This document shows positions 1 to 12,040 of a stretch of DNA of 64,000 bases, one piece after another (positions within the stretch are counted from its first letter, which is position 1; each line of letters starts with the position of its first letter). Made by a program: the position numbers and the translations under genes. Origin of the DNA: the human T2T-CHM13v2.0 reference genome, Homo sapiens. The notes beneath the pieces were generated by a model. That model saw only the letters and a program-made list of their open reading frames with translations. It was not told the DNA's origin and searched no databases. Location of the stretch: assembly GCF_009914755.1 (NCBI RefSeq), contig NC_060935.1; one strand, 5' to 3'.

Positions 1-260
1 CACTCATAAGTGGAAGTTGAACAATGAGAACACATGGACACAGGGAGGGGAATATCACACACCGGGGCCTGTCAGAGAGTTGGGGCCAATGGGAGGGAGA
101 GCATTAAGACAAATGCCTAATGCATGTGGGGCTTAAAACCCAGAGGATGGGTTGATGGGTGCAGCAAACCACCATGGCACATGTATACCTATGTAACAAA
201 CCTGCATGTTCTGTACATGTATCCCAGAACTTAAAGTTTAATTAAAAAATAAAAATAAAA
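1..260 (+). mobile_element. L1PA (approx. PA8-PA11) 3' UTR and A-tail, continuing left of the window
   Basis: Canonical L1PA 3' end (aacaatgagaacacatggacacagggagggg ... ggggcttaaaacc ... gcagcaaaccaccatggcacatgtatacctatgtaacaaacctgc ... cccagaacttaaag) followed by an A-rich tail; abuts ORF1 sequence of an older L1. Confidence 0.9.
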
Positions 261-3200
261 TGAAGTGTTTAAAAAAAGAATTTCAGAACTTAAAGACAAA
301 GCTTTTAAATTTACCCAATCAGACAAAAATAAAAAAGAATCAAAATAAAGTTTCCAAGAAATGTGGGATTATGTAAAGCAGACAAACATAAGAATCATTG
401 GTTTTCCTGAGGGGGAAGAGAAAGCAAAAAGTTTGGAAAATATATTTGAGAAAATAATTAACAAAAACTTTCCTGACCTTGCCAGAGATTAAGTATCCAA
501 ATACAAGAAGCTCAAGGAACCCCTGGGAGATTCATTATAAAAAGGACATCACCAAGGCATTTAGTGATCAGGCTATCTAAAGTCAACATGAATGAAAGAA
601 TTCTAAATAGCAGTGAGACAAAAGCATCAGGTAACCTATAAGGAAAAACCTATCAGACTAACAGGAGACTTCTCAGCAGAAATCTTATAAACGAGAAGAG
701 ATTGGGGTCCTATCTTCAGCCTCCTTAAACAGAATAACTGGTCACCAAAAATCTTGTATACAGCAAAACTAACTCTTATAAATGAAGGAAATATAAAATA
801 TTTTTTCAGAGAAGCAAATGCTGTCACCACCAGAACAGCCTGAACAAGAAATGCTAAAAATAATAGTAATAAATAAATCTTGAAACAAAAGACTGCTATG
901 CACCAGAATAGAACCTTTTGAAAATATGAAACTTGCAGAGCCTATAAAACAATAACACAAAGAAGAAAAAATGTATGTAGGTAACAATCAACATAATGTC
1001 TGGAACAGTACCTCACATATCAATATTAATGTTGAATTTAAATTATCTAAATGCTCCACTTAAAAGACATAGATTGGCAGAATGAATAAAAAATTACAAA
1101 CCAAATATCTGCTGTCTTCAAGAGACTCAACTAACACATAAGGATGCTTACAGATTTAAGGTAAAAGGGTAGAAAAATATATCTTATTCAAATAGAATCC
1201 AAAAGTGAGATGGAGTAGCTGTTCTTACATTAAATAAAACATACTTTAAAGCAACAACAGTAAAAAAAGACAAAGTCATTATATAATGATAAAAAAGATT
1301 AATCTAACAAGCAGATATTATAATCCTGAATACATATACACACCTAACTCCAGAAATCCCAGGTTCATAAAACATTTACTACTAGACCTAAGAAAAGAGT
1401 TAGCAACACTATAACGGTGGGGGTGGGGGAGGGGGTTTCCACATGCCACTGACAGCACTAGGCAGATCATCAAGGCAGAAAGTCAACAAAGAAACACTTA
1501 AACTGTAATGAAATCGAGATGGAAGTTAAAAATTTCTTTGAAATGAATAATAATAGTGATAAAAGTTATCAAAATCTCTGGGATAAAGCAAAAGCAGCAA
1601 TAAGAGGAACGTATCCCCAGACGTGCAGGGATGGTTTAACATAAGCGTGGTGTCAGGTCTTAGACACCATATAAACATCATATAAACAGAATTAAAATCA
1701 AAAACCAGATGTTTCTCTAAGTAGACGCAGAAAAAACATTCAGTTAAATCTAGAGTTCTTTTATTATAAAAACCCTCAATAAACTAGGTATAGAAGGAAC
1801 ATACCTCAAAATAATAAAAACTGTATATGATAAAACCATAGACAACATTACACTGAATGGGGAAAAGCTGAAAGCATTCCCCTTATGAACTGGAACAAGA
1901 TAAGAATGACCATTTTCACAACTTCTATTCCACATAATACTGGAAGTCCTAGCCAGGGCAATCAGGCAAAGAAAAGAAATAAAGGGCATCCAGATAGGAA
2001 AAGAGAAAGTTAAACTCTCTCTGTTTGCTGATGATGTAATTGTATACTTAGAAAACCCTAAAGACTCTTCCAAAAGATTCCCAGATTTGATAAATAAATT
2101 CAGTAAAGTCTCAAGTTACAAATTCAATGTACACAAATCAGTAGCACTGCTATACACCAGCAATGACTAAGGTGAGAATCAAATCAAGAACTTAATCCCT
2201 TTTATAACAGATGCAAAATAAAAAGATATCTAGGAATATACTTAGCCAAGGAGGTGAAAGGTCTCTACAAGAACTAGAAAACACTGCTGAAAGAAATCAT
2301 AGATGACACAAATAAATGGAAATACATTCCATTCTCATGGAATAGAAGAATCAATATCATTAAAATTACTATACTGCCCAAAGCAATCTAGAGATTTAAT
2401 GACATTCTTATCAAAATACCAATATAATTTTTTAAAGAATTAGAAAAAAATTCTAAACTTCATATGGAACAAAAAGAAAAAAAGCCCTGAATAACCAAAG
2501 CAATCTCAGTCAAAAAGAACAAATCTGGAGGCATCACATTACCTGACTTCAAATTATACTACAAGGCTATAGTAACCAAAACAGCATGGAAATTGTATAA
2601 AAGTAGAAACATAGATTAATGGAACAGAATAGAGAATCTAGATATAAAGCCAAATACTTACAACCAGCTGATCTTCAACAGAGCATAGAAAATATAAATT
2701 GAGGAAGGCATATCCTATTCAACAAATGCTACTAGGAAAACAGGATAGCCACATATAGAATGGAACTGGATCCCTGTCTCTTACTATATACAAAGATCAA
2801 CTCAAGATGGGTGAAAGAGTTAAATCTAAGACCTGACACCATAAAAATTCTAGAAGAAAACCTAGAAAAAACAATTTTGGGCATTGCCCTATGCAAAGAA
2901 TTTATGACTAACACCCAAAAACAAATGCAACAAGAACAAAAATAAATAAATAAACCTAATTAAACTAAAATGCTTCTGCACAGAAAAAAATCATCAGAGT
3001 TGACATACAGTCCACAAAATGGGAGAAAATATTTGCAAACTATGCATCTGACAAGGGACAAGTATCCAGAATTTACAAGGAACTCAAATCAGCAAGTGAA
3101 AATCAGTCCCATCTAACTGTGGGTAAATTATATGTGTAGACATTTTTCAGAAGAAGAAGATATACAGATGTTCAACAAACATATGAAAAAAATGCTCAGC

Positions 3201-4092
3201 ATTACTAATCATCAGGGAAATGCAAATTAAAATCACACTGAGACACCAACTTCCCCCCCAGTCAGAATGGCCATTATTAAAAAGTCAGAAAGCAATAGGG
3301 GTGGCATGTATATGATGAAAAGAGAATGCTTAGAGTTTGCTGGTGTTAATGTAAATTATCGCAATCTCTATGTAAAACATTATAAAAATTTCTTAAAGAA
3401 TTAGAAGTAGATCTACCATTCAATCCAGCTATTTCAGTACTTAGTATCAACCTCAAGAAAAAGATGTAATTCTATCGAAGACACTTGCATACATATGTTT
3501 ATTGCAGGACAATTCACAATTGTAAAGCTATGAAACCAACCTAAGTGTCCATCAACTGATGAGTGGATAAAGAAATTGTGATATATATATATCATTGTTA
3601 CATTGTTTGAGGTTAATCACAAGATACTGAGGCTCTGTTCCAATATTTCCTTTTTTGGTTCTTTCTTTACAACATTTTTTCTGGTGTGCTACTCAATCAT
3701 AAAAAATACTACTCAGTCATAAAAAAGAACAAAATAATATCTTTTGCAGCAACTTGGATGGAGCTGGAGGCCATTATTCTAAGTGAGGTAACTCAGGAAT
3801 AGAAAAACAAATACAGTATGTACTCACATATGAGTGGGAGCTAAGCTATGGGTATGCAAAGGCATTCAGAGTGGTATAATGAACTTTGGAGTCTCAAAAC
3901 AAAGGATGGTGGGAGGAGGATGAGGGATGGAAAACTACATATTGGATACAATGTACACTACTTGGGTGACAGGTGCACTAAAATTTCAGACTTCTCCGCT
4001 GTACATTTCACCCATGTAACAGAAAACCACTTGTACCTCAAAAGCTATTGAAATTAAAAAATAAATATAATAAAGCAAAAATTAAATAAAAT
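261..4092 (+). mobile_element. L1PB (L1PB3/PB4-like) with decayed ORF1, internally deleted ORF2 and 3' UTR
   Basis: ORF1-like text (aaaacctatcagactaacaggagacttctcagcagaa); ORF2 start near 997 (acagtacctcacatatcaatattaatgttgaat, ~TVPHISILMLN); RT motif ctgtttgctgatgat (LFADD) near 2021; ORF 2760-2945 is ORF2-like; L1PB-type end aaccacttgtacctcaaaagctattgaaatt plus A-tail. Confidence 0.9.
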
Positions 4093-4149
4093 AAGGCTTG
4101 AAGGATATATATATTATATATATCCATATATAAAACTGGAAGATCAACT

Positions 4150-6745
4150 AGGAGCATTTTCCTGCCATGAAACAATAAGGTGAAGGCCAAGCAAACCTAT
4201 TTTCCCAAGATGAGAAAGAAAAACATAGAGTTGTAATCTGCTTAACCAGCTGGAATGTGTTGGACAAACATTGAAAAAGAGAGAGCTGCACAGAGGGAGC
4301 ACTTAGAAGTCTGTAGAATCATGTATTGTGGTTCCTTGGCCAAGAGCTAGGCTGCACATACGTAAGGTGACATTCCCTGAGGCTAGCAGAGAACTCCACT
4401 GACCACTCACTGTGAAACTGAAAGTCAAATGTCATAGCAGAGGTTGTGCACTGCTGGAATCTGGATTGTGCAGTTCTGAGAGATGTCGGTGTTCCAGTCC
4501 AACCAAAATAGAAAGACTTCACAGAATACCTTAATCATTCAATGTAGGCCCCAGAAGGACACACTTGTGTAGTGAGGACCCTTCACTAAATCTACAACCA
4601 AGTTCTAAACTGAAGTAGATCTGTCCTAATAAAGTTAAGCTTGGCAAGAGCAAAATCAACTGTTAGCAATTTAACTGCATGCTAAAAGATTCAAGTAGTG
4701 TTTAAAATATGGCATAAATGAGGTTCCTTTTGATATATGACAAAATGTGAATCATAAAATTAAAACAGGTAGGTAAGCAAAGTAGGAAGATGTTATCCAT
4801 AACCCAATTTTTTAAAAAAATAATAAAAAATGGATGTTGGAATTAGCATACAAAGACTCTAAAAGCAGTTATTGTCAATATGCTCAAAGACCTAAAGGAA
4901 AAAAAAGTGATGAGTCATAAAAAGTGGACAGAATCCCAGAGTAGTAATAGAAGCTATATGAAGATCCAAATAGAAATTGTAGACTCAAATAATATAATAT
5001 GTAAAAGAAGCTGCCAGTTAAATTCATTGTAAATGAAGTAAAAAAGATATTAAGCTTGAGATAGAGACAGTAGAAATTATCTGATCTGAAGCACACAAGA
5101 AAAAAATGTTGAAAAGAAACAAACAAGAAAGCAAATATTGTAACAGAGCCTCACTATCTTGTGGTTAACCTCAAACAATGTAACAGTGTAATTTAAATCC
5201 CAGAAGGAGAGGAGAGAGGGAATGGTCAATGAAAGTATTTGAAAATATAATCACTGAAATTTGTCTAAATTCAAATAACTCCATCAATTTATATACCAAT
5301 ATTTATTGATTTATAATCTCAAGAAGGCTAAACACAAAGAAAATCACACCACTATGATATAACTCACAGTAGACTGCTGAAAATGGAAAATACAAAGAAA
5401 ATCTTAAAAGCAGACAGAGATAAAGACACATTAGATCGTTAGATATAGAATAATATTATGAAGGATTGCTGACTTCCTATCAGAAATGGGAAAGGTAAAA
5501 GACCATGAACTGACATCATAAAAGTGCTGAATGTAAGACAAATGTCAACCTAAAACTCTATAAGTAAAGCAAAATCTTTAAAAGTAGGAGAGAACTAAGA
5601 TATTTCAGATAAATTACAGTTAAGAAAAATCATCACCAGCTCACTTGCATTTCACAAAACACTGAAGCAGTTTTTTATATTGAAGAGAAATAATAGCAGA
5701 TAGAGTCTTAGATTCTCCCAGAAGAAATGAAATGCATAGGAAATATTAAATATGTGTATAAATATACAATTTTCTTACAATTTTTCAAAAAGCAAGTGAC
5801 TAAAGCAAAAATCATAACATTGTATTGTAGGATTTGTTTTACAAATATAAAATACCTGAAAATGATAGCACCAAAAATAAAAATGGAATTTTACCATGAT
5901 TCTACTAAAAATTGCACAATATTGAATCTAGGCAAATTTGGTGTGATAAGATGCAAATCATTATATCTGTAGAAACTACTAAAATAATGTAAACGGATAA
6001 AGCTTAAAAGTCTTTATAGAAGACAGAATAAGAAATTATATTTAATGCCAAAGAAGCCAGAAAAGGAAAAAGAGAACCGAAAACAGGTAGCACTATTAAA
6101 AAACAGAAAATAATCAAATTAAATGAAACTATACAATTAATGACATTAAATATATGTGTACTAAGCATTCTGATTAAAGAACAGAGATGATGAGACTGTC
6201 TAAAACAGTAAGACCCAACCATTTTGTTGTCTGTATTTAAAGAGTCAGCAATTTAAGTAGACACAACTAGGTTGAATGTAAAAGCATGGAAATACATACT
6301 AAGCAAACACTAATTATAAGAAATATGGTAAGCTTATATAAATATCAGACAAAGTTGACTTAAAGATACAGAATATTGTAAGTTAAATGGGAACTTTCAG
6401 AATCATAAAATGGTTAATCTTCGAGAATATATGTAAATTCAAAATGTCAATGAGTCTAATTGTAGTTTTACAGGATACGTTAAGAAACCATTGACAAATT
6501 AAAGGGAAAATAGACAAATCTACATTCACCATTGTAGATATTAACACCCCATTTTTTACAATACATAGAGTACCTACTAAACAATAACAGCAGACCAATA
6601 GTAATGTAGAAGTATTGAGCATGCAATCATATAACTTAATTAAAATTTACTTATATTAAACCTAAAAACAGTAAAATACAAGCTCCTTTCAAGTACACCT
6701 GCAATGTACACCAGGATGGACCATATAATGGGCCTTAACATGAGT
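4150..6745 (+). mobile_element. Old L1M element: 5' region, ORF1 and endonuclease start, highly decayed
   Basis: ORF1-like motifs (aaatcccagaaggagaggagag, aaaatcttaaaagcagacagaga, gctgacttcctatcagaaa) and EN-like sequence (gacattaaatatatgtgtactaagcattctgattaaagaacagagatg; caccaggatggaccatataatgggcc). Boundaries approximate. Confidence 0.75.
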
Positions 6746-6759
6746 CAAAGTATAGTCTA

Positions 6760-9092
6760 AATGTGTCTGATCTGGCTGGACATTTCCATGAACATCACAT
6801 CAGTCCACTATACAAATATATCAGATTAAACTGACTGAATGAGAAGAAAGTGGCAAGTATGTAAGAGGCCTTGGTAAGACATGTGCAGTCTTTCAGAATA
6901 GAAGACATACCCTATGAAGCTTAAAGGGCTTACCACAGTGCATTTGTTTAGGGGTCCAAAGATATGGAACATATTGGGACACCTCCTCCAAAGTGAAGGT
7001 ATACCTTTCACTTGGCATCACTAAAGAGGAAGTACAAAACTACAATATTACTTAGATTACGAATACATCATATTCCACCTTTGGGAATTCTCCACTGTTT
7101 CACTTACTAAGTAACAAGGAAGCCTACCAATTTTGTGTGGGACCCAGAAAAGCCTCTGCAGGAGGTTGAGACTGAAATAAAATCAGCTCTTTCACTTGAG
7201 CTATGAGACCCACCAGATTCTAAGAAATCAGAGGTATCTGTGTTGAGAAAAGTTTCTATATGGGTTTATGCAAACCTAAATAGGAAAGTAACAATAGAGA
7301 CCACTATGTACCTAGGATAATGGAGTTAAGCCATACCACCTACAGGAGATACATCAATTTAAAATCAAATACTGTCATGCTATTGGATTATGGGGGAGAA
7401 AGATTCTCTGATATCAAGAGACCACGAGACCAGAGTGTCTTTTGTCTTTGGTTCTGTTAGACCATCACATTATAATGTTTGGCAGTTCCAGCAACATTCT
7501 ACTGTGAGATGTGAGTGAGGCATATAGGACCCAGGACAAGCAGAGCCAGAAGCCACAAGTGAGTTGCTCCTTGATCAAGTGAACCAGATACCATGCTATT
7601 CATGAATTTTGCATCAGTGCATACCTATAGCACAAGACGGGGGCGGGGGGGCATTTTTTAAAATCAAATAATGGAGGAAGAAAACATGAGTATTGTTCTT
7701 GGATGAACTTGACATGTGAATTGAAGTAAAAATGGACTGCTGCCACATTACAGCCCACTCAGGGGTAACCCTGAGAGATAGTTGTAAGAGTAAATTCTCC
7801 CAGTGGGCAGGGCTTCAAGTAAGTGTACGTGTTTGACAAACAGCAGCCTGAGACGGGAATATATATTTGTGGAACTGCAAAGCATTTAGCTAATTGTCAT
7901 GAATAGGATTGAAAAACTTGGGACAAGGAAATATGGGAGAGAGGCATGCAGCTAGTTATATTGGAAGAGCAGGAACAGTGAAAATCTTTATATTGCATGT
8001 ATACCCCAGAGAACATGCACCACTGAATATGGGCCAAGTCCACAACTAAGCAAAATGGCCTGGACAGTTAGCATAATCCAGCTTTTTACATTGGTCAGCT
8101 CAGTGCTGGCACAGTGGGCACATGAAAAGAATAGGTATGATGGCAAGAATGGTTGCTATACATAGGCCCAATAGCATGGGCTCAAAGGCTGAATTAGCTA
8201 TTGCCACTGCCGATGTCCAGCTACCAGCAACAGAAATAGAGTTCTCAAGAATGTACTATCCTTTATGAGATGGTCATTTGATAGCTTTCCATAGGACAGT
8301 GATTCATTTTAATTGGAATAAATATATATTTTGGGCTTGGGGTTTTATTTCATTCTTATAGGAACTTAACCAGCAGAGTTTTCTGATAATTTACAGAGGG
8401 TTTAGTTTACGAGTGGATTACACATAAAATTGCATTGGACTAAGAGATCCACTTTGTAACTACATTGATTATCTATTGCTGCATAAGGATGCCCCAAAAC
8501 TTGGTGACTTTAAACAATAAACATTTATTTTCTTACATAGTTAATCTAATAGGGAGTAAGGTGAAGGAAGCATGTTGTATGGCCTACTAGTACTTGAAGT
8601 CACATACTATCATTTCCATAATATTGCATTGGTTATATAGATTAGCCCCATTCAGTGTTAGAGGAAACTGTACAAATGCATGAATAAATGAGAATAATAA
8701 TGAATGGACATGATCTTGGAGGCTGACTTTTATAAAAGCCAAGATAGTGAGGCAGTGGGTAGGTAGCCATGGGATTCACCAGTCTTATCACTTACAGTAC
8801 TTCACAGAAGCATAGGCATACATTGATGAACTGATAAAATGGTCTTTTGAAGACACAGTTGATGTTCCCACTTGGGTATCTTATAAGAATAGCACTCTAT
8901 CCAACCAGGATGCAGTGTATACCCTAACAAAATAGCCATTTTTTGATGGTGTTTCCCAAATAAATGGAATACATGGGTTCAGCAACCAAGAGGTGGAAGC
9001 AATAGTAATCCCCCTAGTCATTACTCTCAGTTATGTGTTTGGAAAATGTGTACTTCATGTTTCTATGAATCTAGCCTGCTCTTTGGGTCTAG
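6760..9092 (+). mobile_element. ERVL-class internal pol remnant (RT, RNase H, integrase)
   Basis: Decayed ERVL pol motifs: tggggacccagaaaagcctctgcaggaggtt-like (WGPEQ-KALQQV) ~7138; cagcccactcaggggtaaccctgagagatagt...tcccagtgggcag (QPHSGVALKDSG...SQWAEL) ~7751-7815; cagtgggcacatgaa...caatagcatgggctc (QWAHE...QQHGL, integrase Zn finger) ~8112-8183; catgggattcac (HGIH) ~8768; aaccaagaggtggaa (NQGVE-like) ~8984. Confidence 0.8.
8462..8730. mobile_element. MLT1-type MaLR LTR fragment inserted in ERVL pol
   Basis: atctattgctgcataa...ccccaaaacttggtgactttaaacaataaacatttatt ... gaagtcacatactatcatttcc ... atcttggaggctgac resembles MLT1 LTRs; integrase sequence resumes after it. Confidence 0.65.
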
Positions 9093-9094
9093 AC

Positions 9095-9452
9095 TCTCTT
9101 TGTTGACAAGATATCCTTTCTTTTTTTGAACTGCTTTGGTCAAAAATTAATTCTCTCCATATGTAGTTCTATTTTTAGTCTCTCAATTAGATTCAATTTA
9201 TCTGTGTGTTTATTTTTGCATCAATACCACCTTATCTTGGTTACTGTGGCTTATGGAGTAACACTTGAAATCATGGAGTACAAGTAATTTATCCATCATT
9301 TTCTCTCCCAAATTGACTGTTCTAGATCTTACGCATTGTCATACAAACTTTTAAAATTAACTGGTCAGTTTCAGCCAAAAATCAACTTAAAATCAACTTA
9401 AATTGTATTAAGATTGCATTGAGTCTACAGATTAACTTGGAGATAATGGACA
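9095..9452 (-). mobile_element. Old L1M ORF2 fragment
   Basis: Antisense ORF2-like text (tttttgcatcaataccac...ttactgtggctt; gattgcattgagtctacagattaacttggaga). Confidence 0.65.
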
Positions 9453-9454
9453 AA

Positions 9455-12040
9455 TGTCTTAGGTTAGTTTTTCTGTACTATAGGCTATGAGACTTTGATA
9501 TACACACGCATGAGAATTCTTGGTGAGTGCTATTGAGAACAAGTCTTCAGGGGTAGAGAAGCAGGTCTGGGCAAATAAATTAGCTGGTCTTTGCTATATC
9601 TCTGTATTAGTCTGTTCTCATGCTGTTAATAAAGACATATCAGAGACTGGGTAATTTATAAAGGAAAGGAGGTTTAATGGACTCACAATTCCACATGGCT
9701 GGGGAGGCCTCATAATCATAGTGGAAAGCAAAGGAGGACGAAGGTCATGTCTTATATGGTGACAGGCAAGAGAGCTTGTACAGTGGAACTCCCATTTATA
9801 AAACCCTCAGATCTTGTGAGACTTCTTCACTTATTCTTGTGAGGTTATTCACTACCATGAGGACAGTATGGAGGAAACCACTGACATAATTCAATTATCT
9901 CCACCTGGCTCCACATTTGACACATGGGGATTATTACAACTCAAGGTGAGATTTGGGTGGGGACACAGCCAAACCATATCATTTTGCTCCTGGCCCCTCT
10001 CAAATCCAATGTCTTTACATTTCAAAACCAATTATGCCTTCCCAACAGTACCTCAAAGTCTTAACTCATTTCAGCATTTACTCAAATGTCAACAGTGCAA
10101 AGTCTTATCTTAGTCAAGGCAAGTTTCTTCTGCCTATGAACTTGTAAAATCACAAGTGAGTTACTTCCTGTATACAATGGGGCTACAGGCATTGGGTAAA
10201 CACACTCATTCAAAATGGGAGAAATTGGCCAAAATGAAGGGGCTATGGGCCTCATGCAAGTCTGAAATCCAATAGGGCAGTCATTAAACCTTAAAGTTCC
10301 AAAATGATCTACTTTGACTTCATGTCTCACGTTCAGGTCACACTGATGCAAGTGGTGGGCTCCCATGGCCTTGGGCAGCTCTACCATTGTAGTTTTGCAG
10401 GCTACAGCTCCCTCTTAGCTACTTTCACAGGCTGGCGTTGAGTGTCTGCAGCTTTTCCAGGTACAAGGTGCAAGCCGTCAGTGGATCTACCATTCTGGGG
10501 TCTGGAGGACGATGGTCCTCTTCTCACAGCTCCACTAGGCAGTTCCCCAGTAGGGACTCTGTACCGGGGGTGGGGGTTCCAGCCAAATATTTTCCTTCTG
10601 CACTACCCTAGCAGAGGTTCACCATGAAGTCTCAGCCTCTGCAGCAGACTTCTGCCTGGACACTCAGGCGTTTCCATACATCTTCTGAAATCTAGGTGGA
10701 GATTTCCTAACCTCAATTTTTGACTTCTGTGCACCCCCAGGTTCAACCACTATGTGGAAGCTGCTAAGGCTTGGGGCTTGCACTCTCTGAAGCAATAGCC
10801 TGAACTGTATGTTGGCCCCTTTTAGCCACAGCTGGGACACAGGGCAACAAGTCCCAAGGTTGCACAAAGCAGTAAGACCCTGGGCCTGGCAAATGAAACC
10901 ATTTTTTTCCTCCTAGGCCTCCAGGCCTGTGATGAGAGGGGCTGCTATGAAGACCTCTGATATGCCCTGGAGACATTTTCCCCATTGTCTTGTCAATTAA
11001 CATTTGGCTCCTCATTATTTATGCAAATTTCTGAAGCCTGCTGAATTTCTCCACAAAAATCGGTTTTTCTTTTCTATCACATCATCAGGCTGCAAATGTT
11101 CTGAACTTTTATTCTCTGCTTCCCTTTTAAACATAAGTTCCAATTCCAAACCATATCTTTGTGAATACATAAAACTAAATGCTTTCAAGAGCACCCAGGT
11201 TACATCTTGAACACTTTGCTGCTTAGAAATTTCATCCATCAGATGCCCTAAATCATCTCTCTCAAGTTCAAAGTTCCACAAATCTCTAGGGCAGGGGAAA
11301 ATCCTGCCAGTCTCTTTGCTAAAATATAGCAAGAGTGACCTTTACTCCAGTTCTTCCAAGAAGTTCCTTGTCTCTATCTGAGATCACCAAAGCCTGGACT
11401 TTATTGTCCATATCGCTATCAGCATTTGGTCAAAGCCATTTAACAAGTCTCTAGGAAGTTCCAAAGGTTCCCACATGTTCCTGTCTTTTTCTCAGCCCTC
11501 CAAACTATTCTAACTTCTGCCTGTTACCCAGTTCAAAAGTTGCTTCCACATTTTCAGATATCTTTACAGCAGCACCCCTCCCTACCAGTACCAATTTACT
11601 GTATTAGTCTGTTCTCACACTGCTAATAAAGACATACCTGAGACTGGGTAATTTATAAAGGAAAGGAGATTTACTGGACTCATAGTTTCACATGGCTGGG
11701 GAGGCCTCACAATCATAGTGGAAGGTGAAGGAGAAGCAAACTCATGTCTTACATGGTGGCAAGCAAGAAAGCTTGTGCAGGGGAACTCCTATTTATGAAA
11801 TCATCAGATCTCATTAGACTTATTCACTACCACAAGAAGAGTATGGTGGAAACCGCCCCTATGATTCAATTATCTCCACTTAGCCTCACCCTTGGCATTT
11901 GGGGATTATTACCATTCAAGGTGAGATTTGGGTGCAGACGCAGCCAAACCATATCAATCTCTAACAAAAGCCTCTGTCAATTGTGTGGGGGAGCTCTGGA
12001 GCTGAAATGAACATTCAGAATCTGCCTGCAGTAGGCTCCA
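9455..12040 (-). mobile_element. LTR16/LTR33-like ERVL LTR split by a THE1C insertion (pieces ~9455-9602 and ~11957-12040)
   Basis: tgtcttaggttag...gagtgctattgagaac...gaagcaggtctgggca, then after THE1: gcctc...ggggagctctggagctg...ttcaga, collinear with the LTR16/33-type consensus as recalled. Confidence 0.55.
9603..11956 (-). mobile_element. Complete THE1C element (LTR 9603-9981, internal 9982-11599, LTR 11600-11956)
   Basis: Both LTRs read tgtattagtctgttctca...cagccaaaccatatca; ~1.6-kb THE1-int between them; exact 5-bp TSD atctc at 9598-9602 and 11957-11961; THE1C-type gacacatggggattattacaa. Confidence 0.93.

Noticed and set aside
1418-1436. G-rich run as a functional G-quadruplex
   Set aside because: Only three long G-tracts, a local expansion inside a dead L1, with no supporting context.
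9378-9402. aaaatcaactt tandem duplication
   Set aside because: Ordinary 11-bp slippage duplication.
9868-12010. Cluster of 60-105 aa ORFs (also 56218-58687)
   Set aside because: All lie in THE1 LTR or internal sequence and are fragmented remnants or chance frames.
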